From Candidatus Lokiarchaeum ossiferum (GTDB taxonomy: Archaea > Asgardarchaeota > Lokiarchaeia > Sigyniarchaeales > Promethearchaeaceae): a DNA stretch of 32,000 nucleotides. Under the pieces are notes generated by a model, which was not told where the DNA came from, did no database searches, and saw nothing but the letters and a program-made list of their open reading frames with translations. The stretch lies in the NCBI GenBank assembly GCA_025839675.1, contig CP104013.1:1230001-1262000 (forward strand), given 5' to 3'. This document shows positions 1-8,569 of this stretch, one piece after another. The translations under genes and the position numbers were made by a program. Numbering within the stretch: position 1 is the first letter of the stretch; the number at the start of each line of letters is the position of its first letter.

Positions 1-1197
1 TCTCCTTTTATCAACATGATAGAAGTAACTTCTGAAGGAGAAAATATCTTAAATATAGAAGTAACAAGTTTTAGTGGGGCAAAAATCACATATCATGACA
101 TAATCAAAATAGATAAGACAAGTCCTACAACCGAAATTTATTTTGATGGAGATGTAGGGTCGAATGGTTGGTATTTATCAGAAGGAAATGTTTCTCTAAC
201 AGCATCAGACAATTTGTTAAATCAATTTCAAATATGGTACAAGATTGATGCGAATGATTGGATGATTTATGAATTTCCTTTGGAATTTTTAAGCGACGGC
301 ATATATAACATATCCTTCTATTCAACGGATTTTGCTGGAAATAAAGAAAGTGTTAAAGAATTTAAACTTGCACTCGAATTAACTAAACCAGAAGTATTGA
401 TAAATATTTCGGGTATTGAAGGGAATAATGGTTGGTATAATTCTATAGTTCAAGTAATTCCGTTTGTAACCAATTCTATTTCTGGTCACACACAGTTTAC
501 TTACTCAATAAATAATGAATCATTTCTTCCATATTTTGTTCCATTAAATATTTCTGAAGAAGGATATAACGATATTAAATTTGAATTGTTGAGCATTGCT
601 GGAAATATTGTTTTTCAAAATATTTCTCTTTTAATAGATTATTCTAATCCCACAATTCTGTGCAATATTAGTGGAGTTTTAGATGAATTTGATCAATATA
701 AATCACCAGTAACTGTAAATTTAACTGGAATCGACAAATATTCAGGCATAAATAACATATCTTATAGTTTAGATGGAAATATTTGGAAATTATATACTAG
801 TCCTTTAGAGTTTTCTGAAGATGATTTCTACATGCTATATTTCGTTGCACTAGACAACGCAGGAAATTTTGGAACTATAAACACTTGCAGTTTTATTATA
901 AACAAAACCATTGATGAGCAACCATTGAGACACTGTTATGGTTGGACATTTATGTTTAAAGAACATCATTGGTGGTTTGGATTAGGAGAATTGTGCATCT
1001 ATGAGACTCGAATTGATCTAACATGTGATAGCCAAATATTTAGCTGGGAAATATATGAATTTTCAGTCAATGGGCGTACAGAAATATATTTTGCTATGGA
1101 AAAACAAGAAAAATTAGCAATAATAATTCATTCTGGCAAATGGAATACAATTTGCATGGGATTAGGGTGTAACGTATTCTTTTTGTGTATTGATTAG
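1..1197 (+). CDS. Secreted/surface protein, 5'-truncated by the window edge. It has tandem Ig-like modules and a C-terminal Cys/Trp-rich domain.
   Basis: The frame is open from nt 1, so the ATG at 16 is probably internal. There are three ~86-88 aa modules. Each has an N-terminal NGWY-type motif (SNGWYLSEG, NNGWYNS) and a C-terminal AGN motif (DFAGNKE, SIAGNIV, DNAGNFG). There are many N-x-S/T sequons. The last ~95 aa are rich in C/W (CYGWTF, HHWWFG, CMGLGC). Confidence 0.6.
   Translation, partial: SPFINMIEVTSEGENILNIEVTSFSGAKITYHDIIKIDKTSPTTEIYFDGDVGSNGWYLSEGNVSLTASDNLLNQFQIWYKIDANDWMIYEFPLEFLSDGIYNISFYSTDFAGNKESVKEFKLALELTKPEVLINISGIEGNNGWYNSIVQVIPFVTNSISGHTQFTYSINNESFLPYFVPLNISEEGYNDIKFELLSIAGNIVFQNISLLIDYSNPTILCNISGVLDEFDQYKSPVTVNLTGIDKYSGINNISYSLDGNIWKLYTSPLEFSEDDFYMLYFVALDNAGNFGTINTCSFIINKTIDEQPLRHCYGWTFMFKEHHWWFGLGELCIYETRIDLTCDSQIFSWEIYEFSVNGRTEIYFAMEKQEKLAIIIHSGKWNTICMGLGCNVFFLCID
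118..903 (+). repeat. Three tandem protein-level repeats (~260 nt each) encoding Ig-like/beta-sandwich modules. Boundaries are approximate.
   Basis: The pattern T-P-x-I...(G)NGWY...Y(S/K)(I/L)(D/N)...F...AGN recurs at about nt 118-381, 382-639 and 640-903. Confidence 0.45.
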
Positions 1198-1259
1198 AAT
1201 AAAACTTCAAATCTTTTTTTTACACTATTTTTTATGATAAGAATTTTTAATGATAGTAA

Positions 1260-2024
1260 ATGGAGATTATTCCCTCAAAAGCTCCCGACGCGCAACCAAC
1301 AATCATAATGGATGAACGAGAAAGAGGGAAAATTAAGGAGGAAATGATCAAACTTCCTTGTTCATTACAGATTAAAACTTTAGAAATGGGAGATTATATC
1401 CTTTCGGAAAGAATTGCAGTAGAACGAAAACGGGGAGATGATTTTGTGAGTTCTATCTTTGATAGTCGTCTTTTCATCCAATTAGAAAAATTAAAACAGA
1501 GTTTTCTTAAACCAATAATAATCCTGGAATCGCCCAATCGACTATTTGAACGGAAATTTATTAATAAAAACTCCATAACAGGAGCAATGATCTACATGAT
1601 CTATAGAATGGACATTCCATTAATTCCAACGAAAGATGAAAAAGAAACAGCCAATTTTTTGCTTAAACTGGCAAAATCGGAACAAAAACTTGGACATTGG
1701 CCAGATCTTTCAAAAATTATGACAAACCAATTTAAAAATGCTAAGATAACACGAGAAGATCAAATTTATTTCTTACAAGGGTTAGTCGATATTGGAAAAT
1801 CTACCGCGGAAAAATACATTAACATTTTCGGAACCCCATATTTCGCCCTACAAGCATTGTTGCAAACAGATATCATCTTTACAAAAAATGGAAATCCAAA
1901 AGGAATCTCTGGTCTAATGGCCAGTATCAAGGGCAGTGGACCTAAAATGGTCAGTCGAAATCATCGAATGTTGAAAATGTCCTATAAAATGACAAAGAAA
2001 AGCAAAGAAAAAACCAGACAATAG
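1260..2024 (+). CDS. ERCC4-domain structure-specific nuclease (short XPF/Mus81-like form) with a C-terminal helix-hairpin-helix region
   Basis: It carries the ERCC4 signature GDYILSERIAVERKRGDDF (GD-x-n-ERK-x3-D). An HhH-like GLVDIGKSTAEKYINIFGTP lies downstream, and the tail is lysine-rich. Confidence 0.8.
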   Translation: MEIIPSKAPDAQPTIIMDERERGKIKEEMIKLPCSLQIKTLEMGDYILSERIAVERKRGDDFVSSIFDSRLFIQLEKLKQSFLKPIIILESPNRLFERKFINKNSITGAMIYMIYRMDIPLIPTKDEKETANFLLKLAKSEQKLGHWPDLSKIMTNQFKNAKITREDQIYFLQGLVDIGKSTAEKYINIFGTPYFALQALLQTDIIFTKNGNPKGISGLMASIKGSGPKMVSRNHRMLKMSYKMTKKSKEKTRQ

Positions 2025-2034
2025 AGATGATTGC

Positions 2035-2649
2035 ATGAAAGTGGAAAAAACAAAAATTGATTATATTAAAGGCATTCTATTTCCCCTTCTTACTTTGCTG
2101 CTATTAACTGTTTTCCTTTTTAATTCTGGTTTAACTTCACTTTTATTTAAAAAACAAGATTTTTCTGGATATTCTCCTGAATCTATACTATTCTTACAAA
2201 TTATCAGTGGTTTATGTACCATCTTTCTCTTTTTAGGTGGAGAGAGAACCCTCAAATCATTTAAAAAAGATCAATTTGATATTCAAACAATTCCTTTCAT
2301 AAAAGGAATTCGAAATCGGGATTTATATGCCGTTTTCATCCAATATCCATTAACACTCCTTTTTGAAGAATTGCTTTTTAGGGGAATATTTTATGCACTT
2401 TTGTCTAATATCACTCCAATTATTTTCATCGTGTTAATTAATGCGAGTGTTTTTGGACTTTATCATATCCATATTTATATCACATCAAAAAATGTGAGAA
2501 TTTCATCGATTTTTATCATCTTTAGTTTTCTTCTGGCAGTTCCATTGGGATTGGTTTTTTTATATTATGGGGTTATCGGGTGCTGGATTTTTCACTTAAT
2601 ATCTGTGACATATATATATTTGCGTTGGAATTCAATAAAGTTCAAATAA
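2035..2649 (+). CDS. CPBP-family (CAAX/Abi-type) intramembrane glutamic metalloprotease
   Basis: The protein is multi-TM. Motif 1 is LLFEELLFRG (EExxxR) and motif 2 is FGLYHIH (FxxxH). A later His lies in a TM helix (WIFHLIS). Confidence 0.75.
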   Translation: MKVEKTKIDYIKGILFPLLTLLLLTVFLFNSGLTSLLFKKQDFSGYSPESILFLQIISGLCTIFLFLGGERTLKSFKKDQFDIQTIPFIKGIRNRDLYAVFIQYPLTLLFEELLFRGIFYALLSNITPIIFIVLINASVFGLYHIHIYITSKNVRISSIFIIFSFLLAVPLGLVFLYYGVIGCWIFHLISVTYIYLRWNSIKFK

Positions 2650-2667
2650 CAATGCGAGAGCCATAGG

Positions 2668-2676
2668 TTTTTTTTT
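2668..2676 (+). terminator. Oligo-T tract (T9) downstream of the CPBP gene, a candidate archaeal-type terminator
   Basis: A T9 run begins 19 nt after the stop codon at 2647-2649. Confidence 0.35.
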
Positions 2677-2703
2677 AAAGAATAATTTTAAATTCTGATC
2701 CTT

Positions 2704-2709
2704 GAGGAG
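2704..2709 (+). promoter_or_regulatory. Shine-Dalgarno-like GAGGAG, 9 nt upstream of the ATG at 2719
   Basis: Read directly: cttGAGGAGaattataaaATG. Confidence 0.4.
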
Positions 2710-2718
2710 AATTATAAA

Positions 2719-3975
2719 ATGAAAAATGCCAAAGTATTGCCATTTCAGAAACAGAAATCAATTAAAGCGAATAAATCATATAAAACATGGCCGCTTTTTA
2801 CAATATCATTCGTAAAAACTTTCGCAAATGCGATTTATAGTTTGGCGCTTTCCAATTATCTCATATATGAAAAAGGTATGGCTTCAAGCTTAGTAGGGAC
2901 TATTTCATCCGCCACTGCAATAGCATATATTATTGGACCTTTCTTTGGAAATAAAATGAAGGACATTATTGGAATTAAAAATAGTATTATATTTTCATCC
3001 ATTACAACTACTTTATTTATTGTTCTCCAATTGTTGTTTTTTGAACCTTGGATCTTGATATCAACCCGGATTTTGGATGGCATCATTATGGGGATGTTTT
3101 GGCCAAATTTATTAGTCCTTGTCAGCTCGTGGCAAAAAGTAAGTACTGAAGGACAATCCGAAACGAACTTTAAAAATTTTAACAAATCATGGAGCTTTGG
3201 ATTAATTGGAGGGTTCGCTTCAGGTTATGTAATTGTATTCTTTTTAACTGATTATATCGCAATATTAATTTCTTTGGGAATTGGAGCGATAATGATTCCG
3301 ATCTCATTTCTATGTGAAAATGAGATTAAATATGGAGAAGTTAACGAGAATCAAGACATTTTAATTTCTATCAGTGAAAAAAGTCAGTCAATTTCCCAAT
3401 CAACATTTCCAGCGACAGTTTTTCCAATTGTTCTCTCATGGATTGGAATCATTTTCATGACATCCAGTAAAGCGATTTTTCAATTCTCTCTTCCATTTTT
3501 CTTAAAAGATGCAGGCAAAGATTCAGAATGGGTCTACATAATTACATTAGTGATTCAATTACTTCAAATTATTGCTTTGAATAAAGTTGCAACATTTAAA
3601 ATTAGAGATAAACAACGTATTTTTCCAATTGGAATCGCAGGTATCAGTTTACTAGCGATTTTCGTGATATTATTCCAAAATATTTACGTAGTAATTCTAA
3701 CAACAGTTCTTTTAGGATTAATGGTTGGATTAATTCAAGGTGTTTGTATGAAAATTATGTTGGATTGGGGAACTAAAACTGGATCATCGAAATATTCGAC
3801 ACTTAATGAGGTTATTGTTGGTGCTGGTTTTGGAATCACACCAATTATTGCAGGGTATGTGGTGGAAGTGAATATTTATGCCAATTTTGCATTTATAAGC
3901 ATTTTCAGTATTGTTATCTTGGGATTAACATTTTATATCTATAAAAAGATGGCGCAATCTGAGAAAAGAAAATAA
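2719..3975 (+). CDS. MFS-type transporter (12-TM-like)
   Basis: About 12 hydrophobic segments form two halves separated by a polar loop (NENQDILISISEKSQSISQ). The loop 2-3 region resembles the MFS motif (GPFFGNKMKDIIGIKN). Confidence 0.6.
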   Translation: MKNAKVLPFQKQKSIKANKSYKTWPLFTISFVKTFANAIYSLALSNYLIYEKGMASSLVGTISSATAIAYIIGPFFGNKMKDIIGIKNSIIFSSITTTLFIVLQLLFFEPWILISTRILDGIIMGMFWPNLLVLVSSWQKVSTEGQSETNFKNFNKSWSFGLIGGFASGYVIVFFLTDYIAILISLGIGAIMIPISFLCENEIKYGEVNENQDILISISEKSQSISQSTFPATVFPIVLSWIGIIFMTSSKAIFQFSLPFFLKDAGKDSEWVYIITLVIQLLQIIALNKVATFKIRDKQRIFPIGIAGISLLAIFVILFQNIYVVILTTVLLGLMVGLIQGVCMKIMLDWGTKTGSSKYSTLNEVIVGAGFGITPIIAGYVVEVNIYANFAFISIFSIVILGLTFYIYKKMAQSEKRK

Positions 3976-3990
3976 TAATAAAAAAAACGA

Positions 3991-4662
3991 TTATTCCCCG
4001 AGTTCCGATAGAATCTTGGGAATTAAAATCCTGAAATTCGCAAAATTGGACAAACCATTATTACGATCAGAATCACTAACGATGTTTAAAATCGCTAAAT
4101 CTGCCCCATTAAAAAAGGCTGTACGAACAGAATTTTCTTCTAAACCTCCAGCAGCACTGATTAAACAATCAAATTTTGATTTTATTTTAGTAATATCTTT
4201 ATAACGTATCAATTTTTGATTGTTACTTTCTTCATCCCGACCTTTATGAATAATAACAAAGTCGGGTTTCACCCTTAGAGGCATTAATTTCCTCAAGGGA
4301 TTGATTACACCTAACATATCTACCATAGAATACATTTTGCGTTCTGAACAAGCATTTATAAAATGATTTAGTGTCTCTACTGGAGCAGAGCCCATTACCG
4401 TAGCAGCATTAGCACCATTGATTGCCGTCATATAAACTTCATCCGCAGCACCATCAGAACTCTTTAAATCTGCAACAATTACACCTCGCCAATAGCGACG
4501 GATCAAACGAATTCCAGCCATGCCCTCCCGTTTTATAAAGGGAGTTCCAGCTTCGATAAAAATTCGTGGATCATATGGGATTTGAGGTAATATTCGTTGA
4601 ACTTCCGAAACATCTGAATTGAAGGCAATTTGAACATACCGCCGATTTGGTTCTAATCCCAT
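3991..4662 (-). CDS. 3-hexulose-6-phosphate synthase / KGPDC-like protein (OMP-decarboxylase suprafamily TIM barrel)
   Basis: Family motifs are present: IFIEAGTPFIKREGM (E-x-GTP), VIVADLKSSDG (D-x-K-x-x-D) and the C-terminal phosphate-binding ISAAGGLEE...GADLAIL. Confidence 0.6.
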   Translation of the reverse strand: MGLEPNRRYVQIAFNSDVSEVQRILPQIPYDPRIFIEAGTPFIKREGMAGIRLIRRYWRGVIVADLKSSDGAADEVYMTAINGANAATVMGSAPVETLNHFINACSERKMYSMVDMLGVINPLRKLMPLRVKPDFVIIHKGRDEESNNQKLIRYKDITKIKSKFDCLISAAGGLEENSVRTAFFNGADLAILNIVSDSDRNNGLSNFANFRILIPKILSELGE

Positions 4663-4667
4663 TTTTT

Positions 4668-4674
4668 CTCCCCC
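4668..4674 (-). promoter_or_regulatory. Shine-Dalgarno-like GGGGGAG for the HPS-like gene. It sits directly after the SPFH stop codon, which suggests an operon junction.
   Basis: The minus strand reads TAA-A-GGGGGAG-AAAAA-ATG. The SPFH stop is at 4676-4678 and the ATG at 4660-4662. Confidence 0.5.
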
Positions 4675-4675
4675 T

Positions 4676-5461
4676 TTAAGGTTTAATCGTTCTAATTAGA
4701 TCTGACATACTGCTATCCACATTTCCGGGCATAAAAATGACGATCTTTTCAGAAGGATCTTGTGCAATTTCTCGAATCGTTTGTAAAGCACGAATTTGCA
4801 TGGCCCCTGGTGAAGAAGCCATCATTGTTGCAGCTTCTGCAAGTTTTTTAGAAGCCAGTAACTCTCCTTCGGCTTTGATAATTGCTGCCCGTTTATCACG
4901 TTCAGCTTCAGCTTGTTTCGCAAAAGCTCGTTTCATTTCGGAAGGCAATTCCATTTCTTGGATTTTGATACCCTTGATGTCAATACCCCAATCTTTTGTT
5001 TCAGCATCGACAATATTTCGGATATCTTGTGCAATTCGATCTCTTTCACCTAGTACTTCGTCCAATTCCATGGTCCCAAAAACATCTCTTAAAGCGGCTT
5101 GAGTATATTGTCGAACTGCATAAACAAAATTTTCGATTTTAATCACAGCATCTTCCGGTTGTTCAACTTTGAAATAAACCACTGTGTTCGCCAATACTGG
5201 AATATTATCCCGAGTCATTACTTCCTGTCTTGGAATATCTTGTGTGATAATTCGCAGATCGACTTTCTTTGCAGATTCCAGAAAAGGAATTACAAACACA
5301 ATTCCTGGTCCAATAGTTCTTTTATATCTCCCTAAGCGAAATATAACTAAACGTTCATATTCTAAAGCAATTTTAATCCCTGGAATTACAAAAACAAATG
5401 CAATAAACACAAGGATCCCCACAATTACCCATAAAAATGTTAAATTTACTTGTAAAATCAT
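4676..5461 (-). CDS. SPFH/Band-7 (stomatin/prohibitin-like) membrane protein
   Basis: An N-terminal TM helix is followed by EYERLVIFRLGRY and then the typical SPFH core. The C-terminus is a coiled-coil AEAERDKRAAIIKAEGE. Confidence 0.85.
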   Translation of the reverse strand: MILQVNLTFLWVIVGILVFIAFVFVIPGIKIALEYERLVIFRLGRYKRTIGPGIVFVIPFLESAKKVDLRIITQDIPRQEVMTRDNIPVLANTVVYFKVEQPEDAVIKIENFVYAVRQYTQAALRDVFGTMELDEVLGERDRIAQDIRNIVDAETKDWGIDIKGIKIQEMELPSEMKRAFAKQAEAERDKRAAIIKAEGELLASKKLAEAATMMASSPGAMQIRALQTIREIAQDPSEKIVIFMPGNVDSSMSDLIRTIKP

Positions 5462-5673
5462 ATTTTTTCAACTCATTTGAGTAACTAACCATTGGTCTTC
5501 TCCCTATTTTAATATATAACATATTGGTTGGTTACTTAGATCACACTAAGAAATTGATGCATATATCTTCCATCCATCATACCCATCAAGTATTTATTGG
5601 TTTTGAAAAAATGTTTTGTAAACATATGGTTCTGATGGATAAAAATATTTTAAAAAAAAGGTTAAGTAGGAAT

Positions 5674-7194
5674 TTATAAAATTGCGGGTAAATCGGTTAT
5701 AATTTCCTTTAATAGTTCAAAAATAAATTCCGTACTGGAAATATGAACACGTTCATCAGGAGTGTGACATCCTTCGGTGATAGGAAGCATTGAAACCATT
5801 TGAACTCCGAGTATTTTTGTTGAAAAAATACCACATTCCAAACCAGCATGAATTGCCATTTTTTTTACAGGACGACCCAGTTTGCCCTCATATTTTTTGG
5901 TCACATACTGCAAAAAGGGAGTGTGAGGTTCCGGTTTCCATCCTGAATAGGCGGGTTTTAAATCAATCTTCCATCCCCCAAATGTTGCAATCTGAACCAA
6001 TTTAGTACGGATTATCTTAAATTCGCTATCCACACTACTTCGAGCAAAAGATATAACTGTAATTTTTTTGTCAGAGGTCTTAATCACAGCGAGATTATTC
6101 GAAGTTTCTACAAGATTTGGGATTGTAGGAGAATATTTCAATACTCCATGAGGAATTAAGTTAATACTGGCAATGATTTTGGAACTAAGTTGCACTTCAA
6201 GGGATTTTTGAGGTTGAGTTTCAGTCAAATCGATAATCATATTGGGTTCAAAATGGAGAGACTTATCGTCTCCAGCTTGATAATAGTTAAATATCTCTTG
6301 GGCAATATGAATAAAGGATTGTTTTAAAGCCTCTGTGTGATCTTTTGAAACAGCAAATTTCGCAATCGATTCCCGATTGATGGCATTATGCATCGTACCC
6401 CCATTTATTGAGCTGAGGTGCAGATCATAGGAAGCATTAAGGTGGGATAAAATGGACATAATTAATACGTTAGCACTCGCTTTGGGGAGATGAATATCCC
6501 CTCCAGAATGCCCTCCAAGAAGTCCATGAACATGAAGTTCAAAAAATTGCAATTTTTCTTCAGAACCGGATAATTTTGGATCTATTTCCATTGAAAATTC
6601 CGTGTTTCCTCCACCTGCACATCCAATGATCATTGTTCCTAAATTTCCACCATCAAGATTGATAAGATATTTGCTTTGAATATTAAAGACTTGAGGATCT
6701 AAGGCCATAGCTCCTCCTAACCCCGTTTCTTCATCCACAGTGAGGAGAACTTCTAAAGGCCCATGTAAAAATTGTTCATCCTTGAGAAACAAGATACCCA
6801 AACCGAGTGCAATACCTATTCCGTCATCAGCACCTAAAGTGGTGCCATCAGCATCAACCCATTCCCCATTGTCTTGAATGCGAATTGGTATCGGATTATT
6901 ATCAAAATCGAATCCTTCAGGTCGATCCGTTTCGCAGACCATATCCATATGAGCTTGCATCATCAAGCTTGGATAGTTTTCACATCCTTTTGAGGCGGAT
7001 TTCCGAACTAAAATGTTTCCAGCAGTATCTTCGAGTATTTCAAGTTCAAGACCTTCTTGCTCGGCTTTATTTCTCACCCATTCTTTAATCTTTTTTCTAA
7101 TTTTTTCTTCCTTCTTAGACGGGTGGGGAGTACTGGCCATAACATCTTCAAATATTTCCCACACGATTCGAGGTTTCAAGGATTCGAGGACCAT
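5674..7194 (-). CDS. pepD: Aminoacyl-histidine (Xaa-His) dipeptidase, M20 family
   Basis: PepD-type motifs are HMDMVCE, DGTTLGADDGIGIA, VDEETGLGGA and HAGLECG. Length and architecture fit PepD. Confidence 0.85.
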   Translation of the reverse strand: MVLESLKPRIVWEIFEDVMASTPHPSKKEEKIRKKIKEWVRNKAEQEGLELEILEDTAGNILVRKSASKGCENYPSLMMQAHMDMVCETDRPEGFDFDNNPIPIRIQDNGEWVDADGTTLGADDGIGIALGLGILFLKDEQFLHGPLEVLLTVDEETGLGGAMALDPQVFNIQSKYLINLDGGNLGTMIIGCAGGGNTEFSMEIDPKLSGSEEKLQFFELHVHGLLGGHSGGDIHLPKASANVLIMSILSHLNASYDLHLSSINGGTMHNAINRESIAKFAVSKDHTEALKQSFIHIAQEIFNYYQAGDDKSLHFEPNMIIDLTETQPQKSLEVQLSSKIIASINLIPHGVLKYSPTIPNLVETSNNLAVIKTSDKKITVISFARSSVDSEFKIIRTKLVQIATFGGWKIDLKPAYSGWKPEPHTPFLQYVTKKYEGKLGRPVKKMAIHAGLECGIFSTKILGVQMVSMLPITEGCHTPDERVHISSTEFIFELLKEIITDLPAIL

Positions 7195-7249
7195 TTTCTT
7201 GTTTAACGATAAGAAAAGATAAATAAAAAAGTAATCGAGAAAGGTTCAA

Positions 7250-7957
7250 TTACAACTGTCTTCCAATTTCCTTAATAGAAAATCGACAATGATCTTCTCC
7301 CGTAGCATAGCACTCAAGCTCTGACGTTTCAAATTGAGAATTTAAGCGATTTGAAAATAACGTTGATAAAAATCCTTCATCAAGTTTACATACAGTCCTT
7401 CCCAAATCTGGAATATGTGAACATTCAAAACAATTATAAACATTAAAAAGTATTTCTCCGGGTTTAAAATCTAGTTCTTCAATTCGACCAAAGCCATTGC
7501 GTTTCCAAAATTTTTGTAATTCATAAACCAAATCACTTAATTCCCGAGATACAAAAAATCCCTCGAAATTTTTTCCCAATTTCAATCCAACATCATAATG
7601 AATTTTTGAACTTTCAGGAATACGAGCATCAATCACTGTTGTAAAAGTATTAAAAATGGATTGTAAAATGACCCCCGGATCTGAATCTCGTGATAAATTT
7701 CGATCTTGAAACATATTTTGAATGATTTCATCAGATAAAGCAATGCTATCACCAAATTCTTTCCCCCGAATATCCAGATTCTTATCAATGTATAGTGTGA
7801 TACTGTGAGTAGGATTTCCATGGATATAACGAAAAGTAAATGGAAAATGTTTATGATCCTTATGCATTACTTCAGAAGGAATTTCAAAAGTAATATTTTG
7901 TTGACAATTCGGACAAAATACTTTCACCTGTCGTTTCTCTTTAGTATATTTAAACAT
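7250..7957 (-). CDS. V4R-domain protein with an N-terminal CxxC...HxxHxH metal-finger-like segment
   Basis: The C-terminal V4R pattern is NVYNCFECSHIPDLGRTVCKLDEGFLSTLF...ELECYATGEDHCRFSI. The N-terminus reads FCPNCQQ...HKDHKH. I chose the ATG at 7955-7957 because the track's upstream start is a TTG. Confidence 0.7.
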   Translation of the reverse strand: MFKYTKEKRQVKVFCPNCQQNITFEIPSEVMHKDHKHFPFTFRYIHGNPTHSITLYIDKNLDIRGKEFGDSIALSDEIIQNMFQDRNLSRDSDPGVILQSIFNTFTTVIDARIPESSKIHYDVGLKLGKNFEGFFVSRELSDLVYELQKFWKRNGFGRIEELDFKPGEILFNVYNCFECSHIPDLGRTVCKLDEGFLSTLFSNRLNSQFETSELECYATGEDHCRFSIKEIGRQL

Positions 7958-8127
7958 ATCAAAACTAAGAAACACGAAGGTAAAAAAGTTTATTTTTAAC
8001 AAAATTTCTTAAAAATGGGATTTTTGTTCTCAAAAATATTAAATTTTCTACGTTTTTACCTAATGATTCCATTTGTACCATATGTCAAATCTATTTCACC
8101 TAAGGAATCATTATGTAAAATTGAATT

Positions 8128-8565
8128 ATGAACAAACCAAAACTTATTTTTCTTTGTACAGGTAATTCCGCTCGCAGCCAAATGGCCGAAGGCCTTATGC
8201 GCCACCATAGCGGGGATATTTTCGAAGTTTATAGTGCAGGATTGAAAGCTGAAGGTATAAATCCCCATGCAATTGAAGTTATGAACGAAATAGGAATTGA
8301 TATCTCAACACAAAAATCCAAAAATATTACAGAATATCTAAACAAAATCAATTTTGATATTTTAATCACTGTCTGTGCAAATGCGGATAGGAATTGTCCT
8401 ATAATTCCTGGAATTAAAGAAAAAATTCATTGGGGGTTTGAGGATCCAGCAGCATTTCAAGGTTCAGAAGGGATGCAACTCGCAAACTTTCGCGAAGTCC
8501 GTGATTTTATTAATACTCGAATTCAAAATTGGCTAAAAATAAATAGACCGCTTTATGAAAAATAA
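8128..8565 (+). CDS. arsC: Arsenate reductase, LMW-PTPase family (thioredoxin-coupled type)
   Basis: The P-loop is LCTGNSARSQMAEG (CX5R). Downstream there is a cysteine pair, VCANADRNCP. Confidence 0.8.
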   Translation: MNKPKLIFLCTGNSARSQMAEGLMRHHSGDIFEVYSAGLKAEGINPHAIEVMNEIGIDISTQKSKNITEYLNKINFDILITVCANADRNCPIIPGIKEKIHWGFEDPAAFQGSEGMQLANFREVRDFINTRIQNWLKINRPLYEK

Positions 8566-8569
8566 AAAA

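Noticed and set aside
4737-5480. Three overlapping + strand ORFs (121, 78 and 98 aa) lie inside the SPFH gene. Similar antisense ORFs occur at 125-325, 1394-1576, 2061-2255, 2856-3185, 5790-6005, 6807-7222, 7633-7999, 8056-8268, 10450-10692, 11983-12258, 13827-14230, 14278-14538, 15385-15603, 15787-16011, 16701-16940, 18099-18338, 18996-19211, 20199-20384, 25257-25502, 27849-28112, 30411-30608 and 30908-31184.
   Set aside because: Each lies antisense to, or out of frame within, a longer ORF that has clear family motifs. Their translations are low-complexity or compositionally odd with no motifs. They are shadow ORFs.
5480-5536. An imperfect inverted repeat (AGTAACTAACCATT / ATTGGTTGGTTACT, 2 mismatches, ~29-nt loop) lies in the spacer upstream of the SPFH gene.
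   Set aside because: The stem is short and mismatched in AT-rich promoter DNA. It has no supporting conservation or RNA-gene features. At best it is a weak candidate regulator-binding site.
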